Of a stretch of DNA of 64,000 nt, positions 8,294-17,166 are shown piece after piece. The stretch is from Chthoniobacterales bacterium (GTDB lineage: Bacteria > Verrucomicrobiota > Verrucomicrobiia > Chthoniobacterales > Chthoniobacteraceae). The stretch lies in assembly GCA_038207335.1 (NCBI GenBank), contig JBBQZX010000012.1:1-64000 (forward strand). The letters run 5' to 3'. Every line of letters begins with the position of its first letter. Position 1 is the first letter of the stretch. The position numbers and the translations under genes were made by a program. A model generated the notes under the pieces. That model made no database searches, was not told where the DNA came from, and saw nothing but the letters and a program-made list of their open reading frames with translations.

Positions 8294-9583
8294 ATGAAAA
8301 CAAACCTGATACTCGCCATCGCCGCCCTCACCGGCAGCATCGCTACAGCACAAGAAAAAGCCCGCCCCGTGCCGCCACCTGCGCCGCCTGCCGGGGCGCC
8401 CGAAAATCAGCCACCGCGGCCTCCCGGCCCGCCCCAGCGTCCCGACCGTCCCGACCGTCCCGACCGTCCCGACCGTCCCGACCGTCAAGACCGTCCGGGC
8501 GGTCCAGGCGGCCCATCGGCAGAACAGCGCCGCGGCGATCGCCCGGCCCGCGGCGACCGCCGCCCGGATGGTGACCAGCCAGGCGAAGGCCGCGACAACG
8601 GGGGACGCGATGGTCGTGAGCGCGGGCGCGACGGCGAGCGGCAGCGGCCCGATGGCGACCGCGAGCGCGGGTCGGAGCGGCGGCCCGGCGGCGACCGGCC
8701 GGAGATAAAGCCCACGCCATTCATCGGAGTCGTCAGCGCGCCAGTGCCGGCGCCGCTTGCGGCGCAGCTTGGGCTCGCGGATGGCTTCGGACTCGTCGTG
8801 CAGGACGTCGCTCCCGGCAGTCCCGCGGCAGGTGCGGGCGTGCAGCGCTTCGACGTGCTGAAGACGCTCGACGACCAGCAGCTCACCGATCCGCAACACC
8901 TCGCCACGCTGGTTCGCAGCCGCGGAAAAGACGCCAGCATCACGCTCACGATTGTCCGAAAGGGGCAGGAGCAAAAAGTGACGTTGAAAGTCGGCGAGCG
9001 CATGATGCCACAGCCCGGCATGCGCGATCCTCACGGTGATATGCCGCGCGATTTCGACCGCGCGCGTGGCGAGATGGAAGAGCATGTGCGCCGGATGCAG
9101 GAACAGATGCAGCAGCGCGGCAAAGAAATGCAGGATCGGATGCGCGGCTTTCAGCAGCGGATGCAGGAATGGCAGAAAAATCACACTGGGCCCGCGCCGG
9201 AAGCGCCGAACTTTGGGGACCTGCCGCCTCCCCCGCCCGGCCCGCGCGACCTGCTCCACGAGTCCGGCCCCGGCGGCGCACCGAGCGTCACTGCAAATCA
9301 GGACGGCGCGACGACGACCTGGAACACGGCCCGCGCGCACATTCTCGTGAAAGATGACTCCGGCTCGATCGAGGTGAACGCGAAGGACGGCACGAAGACG
9401 CTGACCGCGAAAGACGCGGATGGCAAAGTGATCTTCACAGGCCCCATCGACACCGATGAGCAGCGCAAAGCCCTGCCCGAGGATGTGCGCAAAAAGCTCG
9501 AGAAAATCCACACCCAGAGCCGCGCCGGAGCGTCGGCATTTGCGACGGATACCGAATCCGGGATCGCGCTGGAAATCCAGTAG
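8294..9583 (+). CDS. Exported PDZ-domain protein with Pro/Arg/Asp low-complexity region
   Basis: Signal peptide plus PDZ motif FIGV..GLVVQDVAPGSPAAGAGVQRFDVL. No protease domain seen. Confidence 0.85.
   Translation: MKTNLILAIAALTGSIATAQEKARPVPPPAPPAGAPENQPPRPPGPPQRPDRPDRPDRPDRPDRQDRPGGPGGPSAEQRRGDRPARGDRRPDGDQPGEGRDNGGRDGRERGRDGERQRPDGDRERGSERRPGGDRPEIKPTPFIGVVSAPVPAPLAAQLGLADGFGLVVQDVAPGSPAAGAGVQRFDVLKTLDDQQLTDPQHLATLVRSRGKDASITLTIVRKGQEQKVTLKVGERMMPQPGMRDPHGDMPRDFDRARGEMEEHVRRMQEQMQQRGKEMQDRMRGFQQRMQEWQKNHTGPAPEAPNFGDLPPPPPGPRDLLHESGPGGAPSVTANQDGATTTWNTARAHILVKDDSGSIEVNAKDGTKTLTAKDADGKVIFTGPIDTDEQRKALPEDVRKKLEKIHTQSRAGASAFATDTESGIALEIQ
8441..8494 (+). repeat. 9-bp coding tandem repeat (CCCGACCGT)x5 plus one variant
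   Basis: Directly visible; encodes (PDR)n. Confidence 0.95.
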
Positions 9584-9590
9584 CACCTCG

Positions 9591-9636
9591 GAGCTGGCGA
9601 TTTAAAATCTCCCATCGCGGTTTAAAACCGCCGCTC
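9591..9636. repeat. REP-like double palindrome
   Basis: GAGC-TGGCGATTTAAAATCTCC..GCGGTTTAAAACCGC-CGCTC immediately after the PDZ gene stop. Confidence 0.55.
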
Positions 9637-9773
9637 ATTCGCAGCTTAGAGGCGGATGCGCCATTGATTAAACCCGCTCGGGCGACCCGCCGCTCGCTTT
9701 CCTTCGTGCCTTTGCGGGTGCACATTTTTCGTGCTTTCCCGGCGCGGGAAATTGGGGCTTTTTCTCCCACCAC

Positions 9774-10244
9774 ATGGCTGAGCAGGCGAAAGTCACATCG
9801 GTCGAAGCACTCGAGTATTTTCGAGGCAATTTGATCATTTTCCTTACGACGGCGCATCAGGCGATCGACGAGGTCGGCGATGCGGTGAAGCGCACGCGGC
9901 AATGGATTCAGAACGATCAGCGGCTGTTTTGGGAAGGTGAATTGAAGAAACGCAGGCGCAGGCTCGAGCAGGCGGAGCAGGAGCTTTTCAGCGCGAAACT
10001 CTCGGGCCTCAAGCAGACTTCGGCGGCGCAGGAAGCGTTGGTTCTAAAATGGAAGCGCGCGACGGCGGAGTCGGAGGAAAAGCTGCGCAACATCAAGGGC
10101 TGGAGCCGCAAATACGACAGCGTCGCTGATCCGCTGATGAAGCGATTGGAAGGGCTGCGCCATTTTCTCGACTACGAAATGCCGAAGGCGCTGGCGTATC
10201 TCGTCGAGGCGCAAAAAACGCTCGAAGCCTACGGGACGAATTAG
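9774..10244 (+). CDS. All-helical protein, WXG100/LXG-partner-like
   Basis: 156 aa, coiled-coil pattern with spaced Trp residues, first gene of the cluster with the FtsK-like ATPase. Confidence 0.65.
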   Translation: MAEQAKVTSVEALEYFRGNLIIFLTTAHQAIDEVGDAVKRTRQWIQNDQRLFWEGELKKRRRRLEQAEQELFSAKLSGLKQTSAAQEALVLKWKRATAESEEKLRNIKGWSRKYDSVADPLMKRLEGLRHFLDYEMPKALAYLVEAQKTLEAYGTN

Positions 10245-10311
10245 GATTTAGGATTTCGCCGCGACGCAAATTGCCAGACGTTTGAAGCTCTCCCCGAATG
10301 CTAAACCTTAA

Positions 10312-10530
10312 ATGCTAAATTCGACTCATGGCAGCGCGGCCAAACTCGCGCAGGCAGTCAAGGATTTGTCGTTCGAATGGCAGCAGACGCAGGTGTCGTG
10401 GAACGATGTGAAGAGCCAGCAATTCGAGAGGGCCTATCTCGAACATCTCGGGCACGACATCGCACGCGCGTCGCTCGTGATCGCGGATATCGGTGCGCTT
10501 TTGAAAAAGGTCCACGCCGACTGTGAGTAG
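10312..10530 (+). CDS. Small WXG100-like helical hairpin protein
   Basis: 72 aa with central W-N-D..SQQF turn motif. Its stop overlaps the ATPase start. Confidence 0.65.
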   Translation: MLNSTHGSAAKLAQAVKDLSFEWQQTQVSWNDVKSQQFERAYLEHLGHDIARASLVIADIGALLKKVHADCE

Positions 10531-13500
10531 CCCGCTCGATCTCTCGGTGGATTGCAGCCTCGCGCTGCTCGCGCAGTTGAAATCCGTGCTCGCGGATTTC
10601 GCGCAGCGGGAGAGCGCACTCGGTGGCGATTTGCGGACGCGGCGGCTTTCGAGCGATCGGAAATTTCGCGAGTTCAGCGAGAAAACGCGGACGCGCGTGG
10701 AGGCGGAAATCGCGGCGACACAGACGGACGCGGCGGAGGGCGAGGCGTGGCTGCGAGACAAATACGAGGCGCGGCGGGCGCGCGTGGAGCGGCTGAAGAT
10801 GGTCGGCCTCCGCGGGCTGCCGAAGCGCGCGCAGGAGGCGAAGCAGCGGTGGATGGGCGATTTGCAGAAACGGCAGTTTCGCGCGGAGCGAAAGCGCACG
10901 ACGGGACAGCAGGCGGCGGATGCGGCGTTTGCGAGATTCAAAGCGGCGCTGGCGGAGCAGCGCACGCAGCTCGACGGACAGCGGGGCCGCGCCAGCAAAG
11001 CGTTTCGGGGCTACGGCATTTTTTCGCGGACGCTGAATGCGCGGACGGGCGAGTGGGATTTGTCGGCTTACGATCAGGACCAGTTGCGCGGGGAACTCGC
11101 GGGGCGGCTGGAGCAAATCGAGACGATGCTCGGCGGCGCAGGGGCGCTGATTCCGCGCATCTTCGGCACGGTCCCGCTCGCGGCGATGCTCGGCGCGGTG
11201 GTGCTCGTCGGCGGCGGGTTGGCGTTCGCGCTCGGGCCGCATTCGTTTGCTGGGGTCGGCGCGGCGGCGGTGCTCGTCGTGCTAGTGATTTTAGGCGTGT
11301 ATCTCGTCGGTGGCGCGCAGAGCAAATCGTCGGCGATCGGCATTGCGACAGGGCTTCGCGAGGCACGGCAGATCGAGCAGGCGAGCGAGGCGGCGGCCGA
11401 GGCGATCCGCACATCGGAGCGCGCGCGGCTCGATGCGGAGTTCGATGAGACGGCGGCGGTTGTGGCCGAGCAGTGGCTACGTTCGGAGACGATTGAGGCG
11501 GAATTCGAGGCGGAGGCGCGGACGAAAATCCAGACTCAGGTGCCGCGCATTTTCACGCAAAACGCCGCGATGCTCGTGCCGCGTCTGCGCGTTATCGAGA
11601 CCGGTCGCGAGGCGCGCCTCGCCACGCTCACCGGCGACTCGACCGCGCGCCTCGCGCAACTCACGGAGACCCATGACTCGGAGATCGCCGCGCTCGATGC
11701 CGAGCAGTCGTCGCGCTGGGCGGAATTGATCGCCGATTGGCAACGCCAGACGACGCCGCTTTTCTACGAGATCGCGCAGATGAACGCGGTGACGGATGCG
11801 TTGTTTCCGCCGTGGGATGCGACGTTTGCGGAAACGTGGGAGGCGTCTTCGGAGTTCACGGCGGCGACGAAATTCGCTCGGCTGGAGATCTCGGAAAAGG
11901 ACGCCACTGCACAAAAATCAGTCCCGTCGCTCGCGTCATTTCCGAGGCCAACCGAACTTTCCATCCCACTCGCGCTCACCTTTCCGCAGCAGGGCTCGAT
12001 CCTTTTCGAGACCAGCGAAGCAGCGGACTCCGCGTCGGTCGGCGCGCTCAATAACATCGTGCTCCGGCTGCTCTCCACAACGCCGCCGGGCAAGCTCGCG
12101 TTCACCTTTCTCGATCCGGTCGGGCTCGGCGAAAATTTCGCCGGGCTCATGCACCTCGCCGACTACGAGGAGTCGCTCGTGAACCGCCGCATCTGGACGC
12201 AGCGCGACCAGATCGAGGAGCGGCTCTCGGAACTCAGCGAGCACATCGAGAAGGTCATCCAGATGTATCTGCGCAACGAATACGCGAGCATCACCGAATA
12301 CAACGCGCAGGCCGGCAGCGTTGCTGAAAAGTATCACTTTCTTGTGGTCGCGGATTTTCCAGCGCAGTTCAGCGAGACGGCGGCGCGACGGCTCCAGAGC
12401 ATCGCGCTCGCGGGGCCGCGATGCGGGATTTTCACGCTCATTCATTGGGACAATCGGCACGCGTCGCCCGATGGGTTCGTCGCGGACGAGCTGCGGAAAA
12501 ACAGCGTCTGTCTGCATCGCGAAGGAGCGAATTTTCTCATCGCTAACCTCGCCATCGCGCAGCTCGATCCGCCGCCGGACTCGGAACTCGCGGTCGCGCT
12601 CGTGCATAAAATCGGGCGGGCGAGCATTGACTCGAATCGCGTGGAGGTGCCGTTCGCGCAGATTGTTCCCGCGCCCGACGAGCACTGGACCGCCGACACG
12701 ACCAACGAACTGCGCATCGCAATCGGACGCACCGGCGCGACGAAGCATCAGTACCTCGCGATCGGAAAAGGGACACGCCAGCACGCGCTTTTCGCCGGCA
12801 AGACAGGCTCAGGAAAATCGACGCTTTTCCACGTCATCATCACGAACCTCGCGCTCGCGTGCTCGCCGGATCAGGTCGAGTTTTACCTCATCGATTTCAA
12901 GAAAGGCGTGGAGTTCAAATGCTACGCGGCGCATCGGCTGCCGCACGCACGCGTCATCGCGATCGAGAGCGACCGCGAGTTCGCGCTGAGCGTGCTGCAG
13001 CGCGTCGATGATGAGCTGAAACGGCGGGGCGATCTTTTCCGAAAACTCGGCGTGCAGGACATCGCCGGATACAAGCGCGCAGGCGGCACCGAGCCGATCC
13101 CACGCACTCTGCTGCTCATCGACGAGTTTCAGGAATTTTTCGTCGAGGACGACACAGTCGCGCAGACGGCGTCGCTGCTTTTCGACCGCATCGTGCGGCA
13201 GGGGCGCGCGTTTGGCATCCACGTCATCCTGGGGTCGCAGAGTCTCGGCGGCGCGTATTCCCTGGCGCGCGCGACCATCGGGCAGATGGTCATCCGGGTC
13301 GCGCTGCAGTGCAACGAGGCGGACGCGTATCTCATCATGGACGACACCAATTCCGCGCCGCGACTCCTCACGCGGCCGGGCGAGGGAATCTACAACGACG
13401 CGGGCGGCGCGGTTGAGGGGAACAGCCCGTTCCAAGTCGTCTGGCTGCCCGACGAAGAGCGCGATCTTTGGCTGGAAAAAGTGAGCGCCCTCGCGCGAGC

Positions 13501-14485
13501 GCACGATTTTCCGCAGCGCTCGCCGGTTGTTTTCGAGGGCAACGCGCCCGCGGATATCCGCGAGAACGACGAACTGCACGCGGCGCTCGCTTCAATCGTC
13601 AATCAGCAATCGGCAATCAGCAATCCGAAGTTCTGGCTCGGCGCGCCGAACTCGATCAAGGGCCCGACGGCGGCAATTTTCCGACGGCAGAGCGGGAGTC
13701 ATTTGCTCATCGTTGGGCAGCGCGAGGAGTCGGCGACGACGATGCTCGGGCTCGGATTGCTCGGGCTCGCGGCGCAATTTCCGGCGGGCGACGCGCGGTT
13801 CATTTTGCTGCACGCGGCGGCGCCGGGGAGCGCGGATGCGGAGTTTTTCGAGGGGGTGGCGGCGGCGATTCAGAGGCTTGGAGAACGCTCGAAATCGGAC
13901 GCGGATGTCCAGCTTGTGGGGGCTGCGGAAATTCCCGGAGTCATGGCGGAACTCGCAGGCGAACTTAGCGCGCGACTCGGAGGCGGGGCGGAGCATTTTA
14001 CTGCGAAGGAACAAATCAACGACGAGGAGGAATCGGTAGGTCGCGAGTCTGCGGACAAAACTGCTTCGCGGCCGAAAAATCCGCCGCCGATTTTTCTGCT
14101 CATCGCCGGACTGCACAAATTCAAGAAGCTGCGGCACGAAGACGACTTTTCCTTTTCCAGCGGCGACAGCGAGAGCAGCCCCGGCGCGCAGCTCAATGAA
14201 ATCATCACCGAGGGCAGCAGCCACGGCATCCACATCGTCGCGGCGATCGACACCTTCAATAACGTCAACCGCGCGATGAATCGGAAGGCGTTGAGCGAGT
14301 TCGAAATGCGCGTCGTTTTCCAAATGAGCGCCAACGACAGCGCCAGCCTCATCGACTCGCCAAAAGCCGGCGCTCTCGGCCTGCACCGCGCGATTTTCTA
14401 CAACGAACAGGAAGGCACGCTGGAGACATTCCGCCCATACGCGCCGCCGAGTGCGGCGTGGCTCGCGGCGGAGGACGCGAGGTGA
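10523..14485 (+). CDS. FtsK/SpoIIIE-family ATPase, EssC/EccC-like architecture
   Basis: Coiled coils, two TM helices and three FtsK-like segments. The central one has Walker A GKTGSGKS, IDFKKG, Walker B LLIDEFQ and RQGRAFGIH. Confidence 0.9.
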   Translation: MSSPLDLSVDCSLALLAQLKSVLADFAQRESALGGDLRTRRLSSDRKFREFSEKTRTRVEAEIAATQTDAAEGEAWLRDKYEARRARVERLKMVGLRGLPKRAQEAKQRWMGDLQKRQFRAERKRTTGQQAADAAFARFKAALAEQRTQLDGQRGRASKAFRGYGIFSRTLNARTGEWDLSAYDQDQLRGELAGRLEQIETMLGGAGALIPRIFGTVPLAAMLGAVVLVGGGLAFALGPHSFAGVGAAAVLVVLVILGVYLVGGAQSKSSAIGIATGLREARQIEQASEAAAEAIRTSERARLDAEFDETAAVVAEQWLRSETIEAEFEAEARTKIQTQVPRIFTQNAAMLVPRLRVIETGREARLATLTGDSTARLAQLTETHDSEIAALDAEQSSRWAELIADWQRQTTPLFYEIAQMNAVTDALFPPWDATFAETWEASSEFTAATKFARLEISEKDATAQKSVPSLASFPRPTELSIPLALTFPQQGSILFETSEAADSASVGALNNIVLRLLSTTPPGKLAFTFLDPVGLGENFAGLMHLADYEESLVNRRIWTQRDQIEERLSELSEHIEKVIQMYLRNEYASITEYNAQAGSVAEKYHFLVVADFPAQFSETAARRLQSIALAGPRCGIFTLIHWDNRHASPDGFVADELRKNSVCLHREGANFLIANLAIAQLDPPPDSELAVALVHKIGRASIDSNRVEVPFAQIVPAPDEHWTADTTNELRIAIGRTGATKHQYLAIGKGTRQHALFAGKTGSGKSTLFHVIITNLALACSPDQVEFYLIDFKKGVEFKCYAAHRLPHARVIAIESDREFALSVLQRVDDELKRRGDLFRKLGVQDIAGYKRAGGTEPIPRTLLLIDEFQEFFVEDDTVAQTASLLFDRIVRQGRAFGIHVILGSQSLGGAYSLARATIGQMVIRVALQCNEADAYLIMDDTNSAPRLLTRPGEGIYNDAGGAVEGNSPFQVVWLPDEERDLWLEKVSALARAHDFPQRSPVVFEGNAPADIRENDELHAALASIVNQQSAISNPKFWLGAPNSIKGPTAAIFRRQSGSHLLIVGQREESATTMLGLGLLGLAAQFPAGDARFILLHAAAPGSADAEFFEGVAAAIQRLGERSKSDADVQLVGAAEIPGVMAELAGELSARLGGGAEHFTAKEQINDEEESVGRESADKTASRPKNPPPIFLLIAGLHKFKKLRHEDDFSFSSGDSESSPGAQLNEIITEGSSHGIHIVAAIDTFNNVNRAMNRKALSEFEMRVVFQMSANDSASLIDSPKAGALGLHRAIFYNEQEGTLETFRPYAPPSAAWLAAEDAR
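13593..13627 (+). repeat. Heptamer tandem array (CAATCNN)x5 inside the ATPase gene
   Basis: CAATCGT CAATCAG CAATCGG CAATCAG CAATCCG, translated as SIVNQQSAISNP. Confidence 0.85.
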
Positions 14486-14583
14486 AACGTCGCGCAACCC
14501 GTCAATATGTGACCGCAGGTTGACGCGGATTTCGGAAGCGTGATTCTTCGCTCCGAGAATCCCTCCAGCGAACGCCCGCCGCA

Positions 14584-15105
14584 ATGCGCTTCCTGCCAAA
14601 AAAGCATTTTCGGTGGAGACAGCCAAAGGCGTTCTTGCGGCTTCGAAGTGACTTTGAACGCAACGCCGCACGTTGGTGGTCGGCTCCCGTGCTCACGCTG
14701 TTCTGCGCGGCGTTTCTGATGCTCAGTTGGTTTCTGTCCAGCTTCGCACCTTCTCCCAGGCATCCGCTGCCCTTTCTTGCCGCACTGGGGACTGCCCTCG
14801 GTGGCGGGATTTTCGCGGTTTACCTCGCGCCATGGATCATTTCCATGTGCCCCTCGGAGGTTCAATTTTATGAGAAGTATCTCGCCCGCGTGCAGGGCAA
14901 TACCGCTCCGCAGACCAATTATGCCGACCTCCAGACATTCTCGTGGCGGGTCGGACCGGACTTCGCGACGCTCATTCTCACCCGTCGCGATGGGAAACGG
15001 CCGCTCCTGCTCGGTGCCCCGCTCGACGTATCGCGGGAAGATGTGAGTGAGTTCCTCCTCGAGCGCGGGCTCGTGCACGGCGATATCGAAATCTTCAAAA
15101 CCTAG
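14584..15105 (+). CDS. Hypothetical membrane protein (2 TM)
   Basis: Two hydrophobic segments followed by a small soluble domain. Confidence 0.6.
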   Translation: MRFLPKKHFRWRQPKAFLRLRSDFERNAARWWSAPVLTLFCAAFLMLSWFLSSFAPSPRHPLPFLAALGTALGGGIFAVYLAPWIISMCPSEVQFYEKYLARVQGNTAPQTNYADLQTFSWRVGPDFATLILTRRDGKRPLLLGAPLDVSREDVSEFLLERGLVHGDIEIFKT

Positions 15106-15107
15106 GG

Positions 15108-15593
15108 ATGAGCACGGACGCCAGCCGGAAATATCGACCATCGAAAGGCTTCCTCGTCACGATTGGCGTGATCGCCTTTTTCCTGCTCCTGCCTATTTGG
15201 AGCACTACCTCGGAGAAAAATCCGAAGGTTTTGGCGATGGCGAACCTGCGCCAGTTCTGGTTCGCGCTGAGCCTCTACGCGGAAAAGCATGAAGATCGGT
15301 TGCCCCCGCTGCTGTCTAAACTTACTCTGGACTACATGGACTCGGCAGCACTCCCAAAGCTGCGCTATGTGGATCCAGATTCCGGCCGTCGCTACGACTG
15401 GCTTTACTACCCTCGCGACGGCTTCTCCGCGCTTCCAGCGGACACGATCCTCGCCGCCTCGCCGACAACGATCACCCGCAAAGAGCGCTCCCCCACCCGG
15501 CTCGTCCTGTATCGCGATGGATCAGTCACCTCGATCGACGAGGATGCTTTTCAGTCGGCGTTGCTGAAGGCGTTCGGCAGTCCATCCGGGTAG
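15108..15593 (+). CDS. Hypothetical membrane-anchored protein, weakly pilin-like/H-X9-DG-like
   Basis: N-terminal TM, NLRQFWFALSLYAEKHEDRLP and C-terminal VLYRDGSV. Confidence 0.55.
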   Translation: MSTDASRKYRPSKGFLVTIGVIAFFLLLPIWSTTSEKNPKVLAMANLRQFWFALSLYAEKHEDRLPPLLSKLTLDYMDSAALPKLRYVDPDSGRRYDWLYYPRDGFSALPADTILAASPTTITRKERSPTRLVLYRDGSVTSIDEDAFQSALLKAFGSPSG

Positions 15594-15702
15594 CGCACGG
15601 AATTGCTCGTACGCTCTTCGACTTCCGAAAGATGCGCAACGCCTCGGATTCTCGCTGGTTGATTTGGACTCGCTTGACGCAAACTTTCAACCCATCTCCC
15701 CC

Positions 15703-17166
15703 ATGATCCGCACACTCTTCGCCGTTCTCGTCTTCACACTCGCTGCCACGCTCGGATTCTCCGCGGAAAAGCGGCCGAATGTGCTTTTTATCGCGGTCGA
15801 TGACATGAACGCGGACCTCGGCTGCTACGGGCATCCGCTCGTGAAATCGCCGAGCATCGACCGACTCGCGAAAGAGGGTGTGCGTTTCGATCGCGCGTAT
15901 TGCCAGTTCCCGCTGTGCTCGCCTTCGCGCTCGTCTTTGATGACGGGGCTACGGCCGGATACGACGCGGGTTTTCGACCTGCAATATCACTTCCGTCAGG
16001 GACTCCCGGATGTGGTGACGCTGTCGCAGCTCTTCGGGAAGAATGGGTATTACGCGGCGCGAGTCGGGAAGATTTACCACTACGGAAATCCGGGGCAGAT
16101 CGGGACGAGCGGGCTGGATGATCCGGCGTCGTGGCAGGAGTTTTACAACCCGGCGGGGCGCGATCACACGGCGCTGGAGCTCGATGTGATCCGTTACACG
16201 GGCAAGAAAGGCGGCGGTCTCGGATCGTCGATGGCGTATCTGAATGACAAGCCGGGGAAAGACGATGAGCACACGGATGGGAAGGTGGCGACGCAGGCGA
16301 TCGAGCTGCTGAAAAAGCACAAGGACGAGCCGTTCTTTCTGGCCGTCGGATTTTACAAGCCGCACTGCCCGTGGATCACGCCGGGCGGCTACTTTGAGCG
16401 CTACTCGATGGACGCGATGAAGCTCCCGGAAATCGCGCCGGGCTTCAAAGACAGCGTCCCCGCGCCGGCGCTCGCATCGACGAAGCCGTGGCCGTATTTC
16501 GGCATCACGCCGGACCAGGCGCGCGAGTGCAAGCTGGCCTATTACGCTGCGATTTCATTCGTCGATGCGCAGATCGGGCGCGTGCTCGACGAGCTGGATC
16601 GGCTCGGCCTGCGCGAGAATACGATCGTCGTTTTCTGGAGCGATCACGGCTATCACCTCGGCGAGCACGGGCTGTGGTTCAAGCAGAGCTGCTTCGAGGA
16701 AAGCGCGCGCGTGCCGGTGATCATCGCGCCGCCGGGGATGAAGAACGCGGGCAAGGCGTGCGCGCGGACGGTGGAGTTGCTCGACCTTTACCCGACGCTC
16801 GCCGATCTCGCAGGATTGGCTCCGCCAAAGGGTTTGGAGGGCGTGAGTCTCCGTCCGCTGCTGGAGAATCCGGCGGCGGAATGGACGCGCCCGGCCTTCA
16901 CTCAGGTGCAGCGCGGCGGCTTCGCGGGGCATAGCGTGCGGACGGATCGGTGGCGCTATACGGAGTGGGATTTCGAGGCGAAAGGAAACGAGCTTTACGA
17001 TCACGACGCCGACCCGCAGGAGGTGCATAATCTCGCGGCGAACGCGGCGCACGCTCCCGATGTGGAGAAGATGAAGGCGCTGCTGAAAACCGTGCATCCC
17101 GCGCCGGTGCAGGGTGGAAAGGCGGATCGCGGGTTTCTCAAAACGCTGGGAGTAAATTTGGAATGA
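15703..17166 (+). CDS. Sulfatase (iduronate/choline-sulfatase-like)
   Basis: Signal peptide, PNVLFIAVDD, CSPSRSSLMTG, GKIYH and SDHGYHLGEH. Confidence 0.92.
   Translation: MIRTLFAVLVFTLAATLGFSAEKRPNVLFIAVDDMNADLGCYGHPLVKSPSIDRLAKEGVRFDRAYCQFPLCSPSRSSLMTGLRPDTTRVFDLQYHFRQGLPDVVTLSQLFGKNGYYAARVGKIYHYGNPGQIGTSGLDDPASWQEFYNPAGRDHTALELDVIRYTGKKGGGLGSSMAYLNDKPGKDDEHTDGKVATQAIELLKKHKDEPFFLAVGFYKPHCPWITPGGYFERYSMDAMKLPEIAPGFKDSVPAPALASTKPWPYFGITPDQARECKLAYYAAISFVDAQIGRVLDELDRLGLRENTIVVFWSDHGYHLGEHGLWFKQSCFEESARVPVIIAPPGMKNAGKACARTVELLDLYPTLADLAGLAPPKGLEGVSLRPLLENPAAEWTRPAFTQVQRGGFAGHSVRTDRWRYTEWDFEAKGNELYDHDADPQEVHNLAANAAHAPDVEKMKALLKTVHPAPVQGGKADRGFLKTLGVNLE

Noticed and set aside
8441..8494. Tandem repeat as a CRISPR array
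   Set aside because: 9-bp unit with no spacers, in frame within a protein; no cas genes.
7874..9586. 570-aa antisense ORF, and similar long shadow ORFs such as 18731-20575, 28892-30337, 30656-32194 and 49529-51193
   Set aside because: They lie opposite well-supported genes and have no motifs; long antisense frames are expected in high-GC DNA.
10523..14485. Cell-division FtsK
   Set aside because: No N-terminal 4-TM FtsK domain or C-terminal gamma domain; it has multiple FtsK-like segments and small helical partner genes instead.
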